A stretch of 64,000 nucleotides of DNA from a virus: positions 96,001-160,000 of IMG/VR virus record IMGVR_UViG_3300012000_000001, one strand, 5' to 3'. A program made the translations under genes and the position numbers. The stretch's first letter is position 1, and each line of letters starts with the position of its first letter. Positions 1 to 8,716 of the stretch are shown piece by piece. The notes below the pieces were generated by a model, which had not been told where the DNA came from, did no database searches, and saw nothing but the letters and a program-made list of their open reading frames with translations.

Positions 1-357
1 TATAATATCTAGATTATCTTGATCATAAATAGACTTCCACTGACTATACAAAGACGAACCTGATTGTGTCCAGTGAGCATCCGAAGTAAAGAGTATTCTT
101 TGGCTAATATTGGGAAACTTATTAGTTAAAATCACACTCGGTATATCAAATAATATAAGCTTACCATAAAAAAATTGGGATTGCTGAAGATGCAACAACG
201 GAACGTTAAACGTATTGATACGATCCGAATAACTATTAAAAACTAAGTGTTCTTGATAAGGTCTATGCTTTATAAAATCAGAAATAGTTGATAAGATATT
301 ATCATAGATTTTGTTATTCAATAACTTAATTAATACAAAGCCTATATCTTCATTCAT
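1..357 (-). CDS. hypothetical protein, 3' end runs off the window
   Basis: Manual translation: ATG at 357 overlapping the stop of the upstream gene; open frame MNEDIGFVLIKLLNNKIYDNIL...DNLDII to position 1. Confidence 0.75.
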   Translation of the reverse strand, partial: MNEDIGFVLIKLLNNKIYDNILSTISDFIKHRPYQEHLVFNSYSDRINTFNVPLLHLQQSQFFYGKLILFDIPSVILTNKFPNISQRILFTSDAHWTQSGSSLYSQWKSIYDQDNLDII

Positions 358-1090
358 AGTTTAGTATTTCTTTCAAAAAGCGACCATATGTAATAGTATC
401 TGACTGAGTTATATTGTCTATAGACTTTTTTTGATAAACATTTTGAGCAATATCTTCTATGGTTATGGGTATACATCCACAAGCAATTGCTTCTGTCCTA
501 TAGTTGAGCCCTATATCTAAATTAATATCTAGATAATATTTATGATTTTGTAGCAATGCTGCCTTATCTGGCTCTGTTACCATACCCAAGTTCTGATAAT
601 GCTTAATACTAGGACAATTAAACATTTTAATAGGTATGTTGGTTTTTGGATATAGCAAATCAGACATGCTATTAATAATACTTGATAAACCTTCCATGAA
701 ACATACTATACCATCGGTTCTATTGGTATTGTCTTTGTTATAAAACAGCTGATCATTGATGAGATACGGAGGTATGATAATATCTGTATCGGCGTATCCT
801 ATAGTTTTAATATTGCTATCATGAATAGCATTTTGCAAACTTGATAAAGCATTATGGTTTAGAACAAAAAAGTATATTTTGGTGGTACCAGAGTAGTCCT
901 GACAAAACTGTACAATTTCATTAGATATTCCATTGGCAGCAAATATACAATAGTCGGGCTTGTGTCTAAAAAAGGTTTGATACAGATTGTTATCTATTGC
1001 TATATCAATAATTCTTATTTTCTCTGATGATATAGACGAACAGTTCTGTAAAAACTTACCAGGACCCTGTTGTATAAGAAGAGATTTCAT
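350..1090 (-). CDS. glycosyltransferase-like protein (GT-B C-terminal-like)
   Basis: C-terminal YRTEAIACGCIPI resembles the GT4 E-A-x-A-C-G-x-P motif; glycosylation-cluster context. Confidence 0.5.
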   Translation of the reverse strand: MKSLLIQQGPGKFLQNCSSISSEKIRIIDIAIDNNLYQTFFRHKPDYCIFAANGISNEIVQFCQDYSGTTKIYFFVLNHNALSSLQNAIHDSNIKTIGYADTDIIIPPYLINDQLFYNKDNTNRTDGIVCFMEGLSSIINSMSDLLYPKTNIPIKMFNCPSIKHYQNLGMVTEPDKAALLQNHKYYLDINLDIGLNYRTEAIACGCIPITIEDIAQNVYQKKSIDNITQSDTITYGRFLKEILNYE

Positions 1091-1758
1091 ATAAATGTTT
1101 TAGCCTTTGGCAAATCCTTAATAGTATTAATTTTCATAACTTTAGTTTTATTTATATAGTGCTTATCAATAATTATATTATTAGCAATCATTTGATTTAA
1201 TAATTCAAACAAATACATTTGACCAATATTTTTTTGTTGTATAATATCATGCAATCCTAGAACAGCTTCGCCATCCAAATACACACATTCGGCCCACGGC
1301 TCAGGCAAATCATAAAAAATGTATTCTGTAGATTTATTAGTGGTAACACATCCTAGATTAAAGTTTTCTTTAGTTTTGTCAAGAAGAAATAATTTGGACT
1401 TACCAGACAACAGGTTTCTTGTAAGTGCATTGTTTTTTAATAAAATGCCATTATTAATAATTAATAAATTTTTTGGAGAATGATCTTGCAAATATAATCT
1501 AATTGATTCTGCTTGATTAGTATCTTTATACATGGGGTTAAAACTATACCCCACGTTCAAAGAATCTAGCATATCATGTATACGATCAGCCTCAAATCCT
1601 GTTGCGACCGTTATGTGTGTTTTAAGATCCAGACTTTTTATAGTATGTATCTGATATTCTAATACCTTGGTATGCTTTTTAATTTCTAATAGGGCTTTGG
1701 AACCTATAGACTTCATACCCTTAGTAATTTCTGGTACTAAAATCAAAACATTCAGCAT
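1087..1758 (-). CDS. sugar nucleotidyltransferase-like protein (NTP_transferase fold), degenerate Gly-rich loop
   Basis: N-terminal VLILVPEITKGMKSIGSKALL, ITVATGFE, NPMYKDTNQAESI and LLIINNGIL follow the LicC/RmlA/GlmU layout. Confidence 0.6.
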   Translation of the reverse strand: MLNVLILVPEITKGMKSIGSKALLEIKKHTKVLEYQIHTIKSLDLKTHITVATGFEADRIHDMLDSLNVGYSFNPMYKDTNQAESIRLYLQDHSPKNLLIINNGILLKNNALTRNLLSGKSKLFLLDKTKENFNLGCVTTNKSTEYIFYDLPEPWAECVYLDGEAVLGLHDIIQQKNIGQMYLFELLNQMIANNIIIDKHYINKTKVMKINTIKDLPKAKTFI

Positions 1759-1761
1759 TTG

Positions 1762-2178
1762 TTAAACAATTATTCTTTCGATGGTTATGGTAATATTATA
1801 TTTATTATAGTTAACATTCATTAATTTAAATGTATTAATATCAATTAAAGATAATACATCTTCTGGTATAATAATGTTGCTTTTGCCTCGTAGCGCATCA
1901 AAGATTTGTGATGATGGTAGTTTAGAATTACTAAAATCTTCGAATAATTTTTTGAAATTAGTAAAACTGACCACCATTTGACCACTTGGTTTTAATTTGG
2001 CTAAACTATTAGCAATAATATCTCGCAAATTTTCCTTATCTAGATATTCTAAACAAGAGCACAAAATATTATCTGCTGAATGATTAACGATCTGATCTAT
2101 ATTATTATAGATGGTTTTTTGATATCCCGCCACACTGGAGAGTGGCTCTGATACACTGACTATGTGATAATTTCTCAT
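1762..2178 (-). CDS. class I SAM methyltransferase-like fragment
   Basis: DNILCSCLEYL...LAKLKPSGQMVV resembles the post-motif-II LKPGG region; no GxGxG motif I. Confidence 0.4.
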   Translation of the reverse strand: MRNYHIVSVSEPLSSVAGYQKTIYNNIDQIVNHSADNILCSCLEYLDKENLRDIIANSLAKLKPSGQMVVSFTNFKKLFEDFSNSKLPSSQIFDALRGKSNIIIPEDVLSLIDINTFKLMNVNYNKYNITITIERIIV

Positions 2179-3050
2179 GCAGTAAAAAACTCCTCAAATT
2201 TAATTTTATTTAATAGATTACTTATACTATTGGTAAACTGATCAAAATTATGGTTTGTCTTAATCCATGATTGGTTTTTGTTAATATCTTCTAAACTTAA
2301 TGAATCATTAATAATTGAGCTTAATACATTATTAATATTTCCATAATCAAATAACTGTGTTATACCAGTTAAATTTTCTGATTGGGCCGTTGAGGTTACT
2401 GTTTTGCAGCCCAGGTATTGGGCTATTAGAATATGAAGATGATTATAAATGTCAATTACCACTTGATATTTAGACATTATTTCGTATAGTCTATCAATAG
2501 ACTGTATATTCTGTAGGCTATCTATTATTTGAGCAGTGGGTATGGACGTTTTAATGTGTTGATATAAACCATTAATATCTGTAGTACCATTTAGATTCAT
2601 TACTAGCACAGATTCGGTTTTTGGTACATTCTCAAATTCAGACCTAACCGGGATACCGTATGGGATAATAAAAGAACGCTGGTCGCTAAAACCCCAAGCG
2701 TTTTTGGTAACCTCGTCAGTAAATATTTTGTATGTATTAGATAATTGATTTCTGACTAGTGCTATGTCTTCTTTTTTAAATTTTAATGGAGGGTTGGCAT
2801 GAAACCATAACAGATCTAATAGGTGGGCATTTGCGACCAATGATTTAGTATTCTGTGTATGTTCAAAAAAATTATTGCTCCAAAATAAATCATAATAGTA
2901 ATGTTGGTATTGATTGCCCATATCATACAAACTATGTTCAGTAAGCCTAACTAATAAGTCAAAAACATGATTAGTTGGAGCATATAAGACATTGGTTCGA
3001 CTGTCTATATTTTTGTATGCTATGTTATATATTGTATTTAGAGTAGACAT
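2175..3050 (-). CDS. putative glycosyltransferase-like protein
   Basis: FIIPYGIP, YQVVIDIY and AQYLGCKTV resemble a degenerate GT-B C-lobe; cluster context. Confidence 0.4.
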   Translation of the reverse strand: MSTLNTIYNIAYKNIDSRTNVLYAPTNHVFDLLVRLTEHSLYDMGNQYQHYYYDLFWSNNFFEHTQNTKSLVANAHLLDLLWFHANPPLKFKKEDIALVRNQLSNTYKIFTDEVTKNAWGFSDQRSFIIPYGIPVRSEFENVPKTESVLVMNLNGTTDINGLYQHIKTSIPTAQIIDSLQNIQSIDRLYEIMSKYQVVIDIYNHLHILIAQYLGCKTVTSTAQSENLTGITQLFDYGNINNVLSSIINDSLSLEDINKNQSWIKTNHNFDQFTNSISNLLNKIKFEEFFTA

Positions 3051-4054
3051 CAGATATACTTATTAATATGTTGTGTTTTAAATAATGAGATTTGATTGGA
3101 AGTATTTTTAGAAACTATATATGCTTTTATAGCAGAGTTTATGCTTTCAGAAGATATTTTTAATGATCCATTATAGCTAATATAATTAGCGTGATTGGTT
3201 AGATTAAAATGATAATCTGTATTAATTTTTAGTATTGAATTGTTGAGACTAGAAGCTAGTTTGGTATTAATGCTATTAGAACCATAGTCTATTGCGTCTA
3301 TATAAGTATTAGCTGATTTATGTGCAATACAGATATTATTTAAATCAGAAGATATAGGCGCTATAATCACTCTACTAAGTGTATGGTTTATACCCATTGC
3401 CTTATAGGCATCTTGAATAAATTTTTCTAATTCTGACTTTTCATTTGCTGTTATATCTAGAGTAAATAATATCAACACCATGTCTTTAGATTTTAGATTA
3501 GCGATAAACGCAACTATAATATCATAAATGACTCTGGCATTTAATTTATAGTTACATACCATGTAGAGCTTAGTATTGCTATTGCCGAACAAACCAATAT
3601 TAAAAGAAGTAGCTGGTGATGCTGTTACAGAAAATGTGTAGTCTATATTCTTGATGTTTTTTTGTAAAAATGGATATGCCTGAGAAAGCCTGACGGCATC
3701 ACTCTTATTGTCGATTAATATAGTTGAAAATTTAGATAAGTTTTGTGCTTCAGTTTGATCTATTAGATCTGGACTCATAATAGGGATCAAGATATTATTT
3801 TGTACGGCGTTTATGGGTCTCGCTTGTTCTAATGGAACATGCTGAATTACCGTATCTAATTTGTCTATTTGATTTTTTTCTTTAGTACTTAGTACATTAT
3901 CAATAGCGTCTATAGCGTATTTACTATCAATAAACAATGGTCTAAGCTGAACATTATTTGATGATCCACTAATTATATTATGGGCTAAAGCCCTAGACCA
4001 TATGCCGTTCAGATCTCTTTGTCTATATGGTCCTATATATAGAATATTTTTCAT
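3050..4054 (-). CDS. putative GT-B (GT4-like) glycosyltransferase, divergent
   Basis: N-terminal KNILYIGPYRQRDLNGIWSR and VIQHVP resemble phage GT4 proteins; the C-terminal acidic motif is eroded. Confidence 0.45.
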   Translation of the reverse strand: MKNILYIGPYRQRDLNGIWSRALAHNIISGSSNNVQLRPLFIDSKYAIDAIDNVLSTKEKNQIDKLDTVIQHVPLEQARPINAVQNNILIPIMSPDLIDQTEAQNLSKFSTILIDNKSDAVRLSQAYPFLQKNIKNIDYTFSVTASPATSFNIGLFGNSNTKLYMVCNYKLNARVIYDIIVAFIANLKSKDMVLILFTLDITANEKSELEKFIQDAYKAMGINHTLSRVIIAPISSDLNNICIAHKSANTYIDAIDYGSNSINTKLASSLNNSILKINTDYHFNLTNHANYISYNGSLKISSESINSAIKAYIVSKNTSNQISLFKTQHINKYI

Positions 4055-5721
4055 TATGTATTACTTTTTAAGTGAGCATATTGTATAAAGTCTTCATCAA
4101 ACTTAGTATTATTTATTTTTACATTATGTGCTTGGTTATTATTGTCGATTAGAGTATTAATATAGTCTAGTACTCCATTAAAATCAAACGCGGCCATAGA
4201 CATAGCACTACTTTGAACAAAGCCGTAATCGGCGTTGTTTAATAATTCTAGCATTTTGTGAGATCCTATGATTCCAGGATCTTTAAAATTATTATTACAA
4301 ATCGCTATTAGCTGATCAAAATATTCTTGTGGCTGTACGTTGGTTTGTGGTTTGACATTTACTTGATATTCTCCATCATTCCAGTCGGCTCTGTAGCTCT
4401 TGGCATTCAAAGAATCTAGATATTGTTCCCATTTTTTAGCAATAATATCCCAATTATAATACTGATGTGCTAATCCTTGTATTTCATGCCTAAGACTTTC
4501 TCTGGTTGGTGCTGGTTTGTTAATAAAGTCTAGAATATAGTTACTAAGGTCTTCATTATCTGGATAGGCTCTTAGGGCCTTAGTTTCTAGTTCCTTAAAT
4601 AATGTACGAACCTTAATTGGATATGCTTTAAGTTTTTTAACTATGTCGCACATTGCACTATAATTAACTGTAGCAATGGGCACTCCGCAAGCCCCTGCTT
4701 CGACTTGTGGCATCCCAAAGCCTTCGCATATTGAATATTGTATGTATAAATCAAATATGTTATAGATGCTGCTTAGTGTTTCTGGTGTAACGCCGTCAGT
4801 AACTGACGGGAATGTCATTGTTTTGCTCATGCATCTCTTGCATACTTTTTGAGCACCGCTAAAAACAGAACATTCAGTCACTTTGCAACTTTTGCAAATA
4901 TACGTAAAAAGTACCTTATTGGCCACTCTATACTGTCTTAGTAGCTCAGGAATATCCCAACCCATATCAGGGTAGCTGGTGTGTAAATAAAGATATAGGT
5001 TATGTCCTATGGGACTATTGTCTGATTGTAGTTTATCTAACGTTTTTCTAAAAACACTAAATAATTCTGGTATAAGCTTTCGTTTTTGGTTCCTCATAAC
5101 AGAACCAATAATAATGGAGTCTTGAGATAAGCCTAGTTGTTGTTTAACTTCGGCACGGTTTTTAATTTTAAATACATTAATATCCACACCGGGAGATGCT
5201 GTATCTATATAGTTGATTTTATTAGATGACTGCTCTTTTAATACCTCTGCGCCCCAGTCAGAATAAGTAAAAATTGCATCCGCACCTAAAAAAGTATCTA
5301 TCCATTCTTCTTGTTGAGGAGAGGAATCGACCGTTGGCATCAATATCCAATGGAAAAATTTTCGTAGTGGAGACATTGCTTGATAGGCACTCATCCAGTA
5401 GTCTCTAACATCAATGACAACATCTGGCTTAAAGTCTAATAAAACTTTCTCAAATCTCCAGCGACCAAATTGATTGTCTACCCTCGACATATACTCTTTA
5501 TGTCTTGGGTCGGTATCTCTCACCGCATTGGCGTAATATTTCCAATGAATAGAAGAATCTCTAGGATCATTGACAAATCCATATGAAGCAAATTCTGCTA
5601 TTTCATACTTATTTGTTTTGTGCAGCCTAGAGAGTAGCTCTTTCGCATAAATACCGAAACCAGAATTAACAAAGCTGGCTTCTGAACACATTAAGACTTT
5701 AAGTTTGTTTTTTGTCATCAT
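4054..5721 (-). CDS. GT4 family glycosyltransferase with Cys-rich insertion
   Basis: SGFGIYAKELL, IIGSVMRNQKRK, SICEGFGMPQVEAGACGVP (E-x7-E); CKSC...CKRC putative Zn finger. Confidence 0.85.
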   Translation of the reverse strand: MMTKNKLKVLMCSEASFVNSGFGIYAKELLSRLHKTNKYEIAEFASYGFVNDPRDSSIHWKYYANAVRDTDPRHKEYMSRVDNQFGRWRFEKVLLDFKPDVVIDVRDYWMSAYQAMSPLRKFFHWILMPTVDSSPQQEEWIDTFLGADAIFTYSDWGAEVLKEQSSNKINYIDTASPGVDINVFKIKNRAEVKQQLGLSQDSIIIGSVMRNQKRKLIPELFSVFRKTLDKLQSDNSPIGHNLYLYLHTSYPDMGWDIPELLRQYRVANKVLFTYICKSCKVTECSVFSGAQKVCKRCMSKTMTFPSVTDGVTPETLSSIYNIFDLYIQYSICEGFGMPQVEAGACGVPIATVNYSAMCDIVKKLKAYPIKVRTLFKELETKALRAYPDNEDLSNYILDFINKPAPTRESLRHEIQGLAHQYYNWDIIAKKWEQYLDSLNAKSYRADWNDGEYQVNVKPQTNVQPQEYFDQLIAICNNNFKDPGIIGSHKMLELLNNADYGFVQSSAMSMAAFDFNGVLDYINTLIDNNNQAHNVKINNTKFDEDFIQYAHLKSNT

Positions 5722-5724
5722 AAG

Positions 5725-5759
5725 AATACGGGGGTCCGCTATTCACAGACCCCCGCATT
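5725..5759 (-). terminator. GC-rich hairpin downstream of ssb (probable intrinsic terminator)
   Basis: Minus-strand AUGCGGGGGUC...GACCCCCGUAU stem; U-tract is weak (UCUU). Confidence 0.55.
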
Positions 5760-5780
5760 TGTCCTAAATTCCTATCAGAA

Positions 5781-6152
5781 TTAAAATGCTACAGGCTCAG
5801 ATGATTCCTGCTTACTGTTCTTGGTAAGGCGGGTAATCTTAGAGAAGTTATTAACCCTAACCTTAAGACTACTATGCTTAACGCCATCCTTTTCCCATGT
5901 GTCATTACGTAATGATCCTTCGACCATTACTAGATCGCCCTTCTTAAAAGATTCAGCGATCATCTCGGCGCCACTATCCCAAGCCTCACAATTAATAAAG
6001 GATGTAATCTTATCCTTGTCTCCACTGGCCTTGGTATACTCGCGTGATACCGCTACAGTAAAATTGACAACAGATGTTTGCTTGCCTCCAGTATTCACAA
6101 CCCTTAGTTCTGGATCACGAGCAAGATTACCCCTTAGCAATGTTATATTCAT
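5781..6152 (-). CDS. ssb: single-stranded DNA-binding protein
   Basis: MNITLLRGNLARDPELR, FINCEAWD, KKGDLVMVEGSLRNDTW and C-terminal PVAF; start set at MNITLL. Confidence 0.95.
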   Translation of the reverse strand: MNITLLRGNLARDPELRVVNTGGKQTSVVNFTVAVSREYTKASGDKDKITSFINCEAWDSGAEMIAESFKKGDLVMVEGSLRNDTWEKDGVKHSSLKVRVNNFSKITRLTKNSKQESSEPVAF

Positions 6153-6192
6153 TTCAAACTCCTTGGTAAAAAAGAAACCACGCAACTATTAC

Positions 6193-6220
6193 ATTATAGT
6201 GAAGAGCCCCTTTCTGTCAA
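6193..6220 (-). promoter_or_regulatory. sigma70-type promoter upstream of ssb
   Basis: TTGACA-N16-TATAAT on the minus strand. Confidence 0.7.
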
Positions 6221-7842
6221 GCCACGGGCTCAAAACACTTTTCTACGATCAGACCATCCTTGCTTTTGCTTTTATTCCCAGAAAATACTAGAATATTTCC
6301 TAAAAATAAATATGAACGATATTTGGAGAATTGTTCTGGAAATAATACTACCGAATCTAATGTTCCATATTGATCTTCTATAGTAACAAATGCCATCTCC
6401 AACCCTGGATTTTTTCCACTCTTAGTTTTTGTCACATTAATATTACTAATTTCTCCAACCAATACAATATTTTCTTTTAATAAAGATGTTTTAAATGTTT
6501 TACAATTGCAATTGGCCATAGTAATATCATAAACATCTAATTTGGAACACGTAATACCCACACCCAAAAGCTCATTTTCTTGATCGGATAACCATTCAAT
6601 TTTATCGATTAAAGAATATGGTGGATGCTCTAGTGATTTGATATAATTAGATACTGTTTCTTTACGGCCACGAATTAGTTTGGTCTCAACAAACAGCCTT
6701 TGCATAATTTCTTTTACACTGCTACCAATCATTGTTTTAGCATATACATTAAATACTGTTTGTTCTTTCTTTGTTAGGCCGGAACAAATATCGTATTCAA
6801 ATAACATTTCTGATCTATTCTTTTTATAGTAATCAAATGCACCACAGCTAATCAATGCCTTGGCGGCGACAGAATTAATATTCATTAGTATGGTGCCTAT
6901 CATTTCTGGCCAAGATACTTCTGATATATTAACGTTTTTTGTTAGTTGTAAAATTTTAGTATATACAGATTTGCCAACTCCCTTTATATCAGTCAGGCCA
7001 AAGTATATTTTTTTATCTTTTAATACAAAAAACTCATTGGTATTTCTAAAATCAGGAATATGAACTTCTATGTCCATTTCCATCGCATTTCTAACTAATT
7101 CTTTAATTTCTTGTTGTGGATCGATTTTGTCTTTAGCAAACCTTAAATATGATGCGAAGAAAACTTTTGGGAAATGTGCCTTGGCATATGCCGACAAATA
7201 TGCATTCATTGCATAACTGATAGAATGACTAGCATTAAATAAATATCTTTGAGATTTTTCAATCCATTCAAAGATTTGTGCGGCCTCTGCTTCTGATAGT
7301 TTTCCTGTTTTTTTAGCTCCTTCTATAAATTGTTTGCGTACCTTTGCCATCTTGTCAGCCTGTTTTTTTCCAATCGCTTTTCTTAAGTCATCCGCTTCTT
7401 TAAGATTAAAACCAGCTAACTCTTTAGCGATAGACATAGCTTGTTCTTGGTAAATCATTTCAGAATAAGTGTCTTTTAAAATTGGTTCTAATGCCGGATG
7501 AAAATAATCAATAGACTCTAAACCATTTTTCTTATCTATATAATGACTACTTACGCTCTTACCGTCACGATGAGCCTCTAGACACCCCGGCCTTAAAATA
7601 CTAATAAGCCCAGATAGCTGTTCAATATTTTGAGGCTTCAATTTTCTGGCCATGGTTTGACCAAGCCTTGATTCTAATTGAAAGCACCCCTTGGTATTTC
7701 CAGCAGAAATAAGCTCCCATGTTTTATAACAATCAAGACTAATATCAGATAACTTAGGAGAAAATTTAATTTTAGGAAATTCTCCACTTTTGTCCAACAC
7801 TTCAAACTTACAACCGCAATCAAATACAAAAAAGTCTGACAT
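6217..7842 (-). CDS. dnaE: DNA polymerase III alpha subunit, C-terminal half (fingers, HhH, OB fold)
   Basis: GCFQLES, LISILRPG, MIYQEQAM, DLRKAIGKK, YLFNASHS, IYFGLTDIKGVG, MAFVTIEDQYG. Confidence 0.92.
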   Translation of the reverse strand: MSDFFVFDCGCKFEVLDKSGEFPKIKFSPKLSDISLDCYKTWELISAGNTKGCFQLESRLGQTMARKLKPQNIEQLSGLISILRPGCLEAHRDGKSVSSHYIDKKNGLESIDYFHPALEPILKDTYSEMIYQEQAMSIAKELAGFNLKEADDLRKAIGKKQADKMAKVRKQFIEGAKKTGKLSEAEAAQIFEWIEKSQRYLFNASHSISYAMNAYLSAYAKAHFPKVFFASYLRFAKDKIDPQQEIKELVRNAMEMDIEVHIPDFRNTNEFFVLKDKKIYFGLTDIKGVGKSVYTKILQLTKNVNISEVSWPEMIGTILMNINSVAAKALISCGAFDYYKKNRSEMLFEYDICSGLTKKEQTVFNVYAKTMIGSSVKEIMQRLFVETKLIRGRKETVSNYIKSLEHPPYSLIDKIEWLSDQENELLGVGITCSKLDVYDITMANCNCKTFKTSLLKENIVLVGEISNINVTKTKSGKNPGLEMAFVTIEDQYGTLDSVVLFPEQFSKYRSYLFLGNILVFSGNKSKSKDGLIVEKCFEPVA

Positions 7843-7843
7843 A

Positions 7844-8542
7844 TTATCTAATACTAAAAGCTGATTTAAACTTTACCTTTGTCGCTATATTTCTATGTAA
7901 TCTTAAAAATCTAATAAGAATATCCGCCGTATCTCTAACATCTTTTAGAGCATCATGAGCGCCTTCTTTATCTATGCCTAAATAGTCTCTCAGGTTATCG
8001 AGTGTATAATTTTTGAGTTCATTATTTCCTTCAAACCAGTAAAATACCAAATTCATTAAATCTATAACATCTCTTGGATAAAATATATCCGACCTACCCT
8101 CTTTGTTAAGATTATCATATTTTTTACTTAGTCTCTCAATAATCCGAAGATCGAATCTGTTTATATTATAACCAGCTGCAATCGGTGCCGTAAAGCATGA
8201 TTTTTTGCCGGTTGAGCGAGAATGATACATATTCAGGTATGATATGAATAACTTCCAGCCATTTTCTTGTTTTTGATAAGATTTCCAGTCACAAAGAATT
8301 TCTTCTTTGGGCTTTGATCTGACCTTGGCATGAAAATCTAGCACATCAGAATCTGCATATGCATATTCAATATTATTCTCTAGCGCTTCTGGTTTAACAG
8401 TTATATTAAATTCAGAGTCTGGAATAATCTCTAATCGATACGGATCAATCATTAGAGCAGCAATCTGAACGGGGCTACAAAGATCCGGATTAGCCCCGTC
8501 CGTTTCTAAGTCAAATACACAAATTTTTTGTAGATTAGCCAT
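7844..8542 (-). CDS. DEDDh 3'-5' exonuclease (DnaQ/epsilon-like)
   Basis: VFDLETDG (ExoI), AGYNINRFD (ExoII), AHDALKDV (ExoIII). Confidence 0.9.
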   Translation of the reverse strand: MANLQKICVFDLETDGANPDLCSPVQIAALMIDPYRLEIIPDSEFNITVKPEALENNIEYAYADSDVLDFHAKVRSKPKEEILCDWKSYQKQENGWKLFISYLNMYHSRSTGKKSCFTAPIAAGYNINRFDLRIIERLSKKYDNLNKEGRSDIFYPRDVIDLMNLVFYWFEGNNELKNYTLDNLRDYLGIDKEGAHDALKDVRDTADILIRFLRLHRNIATKVKFKSAFSIR

Positions 8543-8714
8543 TCACCACTACTACTGTTGAACCTGGAAAAAATGCCTTTTGGTTAGTGTCTGATGCTAC
8601 CTGACAATTAATTGACCTACAGCAACTAACTCTAACCTCTTCTGTTTTAACGTACTCAACACCGTTGACTGTAAACTGTGTGCCAACGGCAACCTCTTCA
8701 AATTTCTTTTCCAT
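8535..8714 (-). CDS. 59-aa hypothetical protein (not in ORF track)
   Basis: Manual translation MEKKFEEVAVGTQFTVNGVEYVKTEEVRVSCCRSINCQVASDTNQKAFFPGSTVVVVNG; GGAGAG RBS; fills the gap exactly. Confidence 0.8.
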   Translation of the reverse strand: MEKKFEEVAVGTQFTVNGVEYVKTEEVRVSCCRSINCQVASDTNQKAFFPGSTVVVVNG

Positions 8715-8716
8715 AA

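Noticed and set aside
5821-6291. Plus-strand 156-aa ORF over ssb, and the many other short opposite-strand ORFs in the track
   Set aside because: Antisense to genes with clear family motifs; no recognisable motifs of their own
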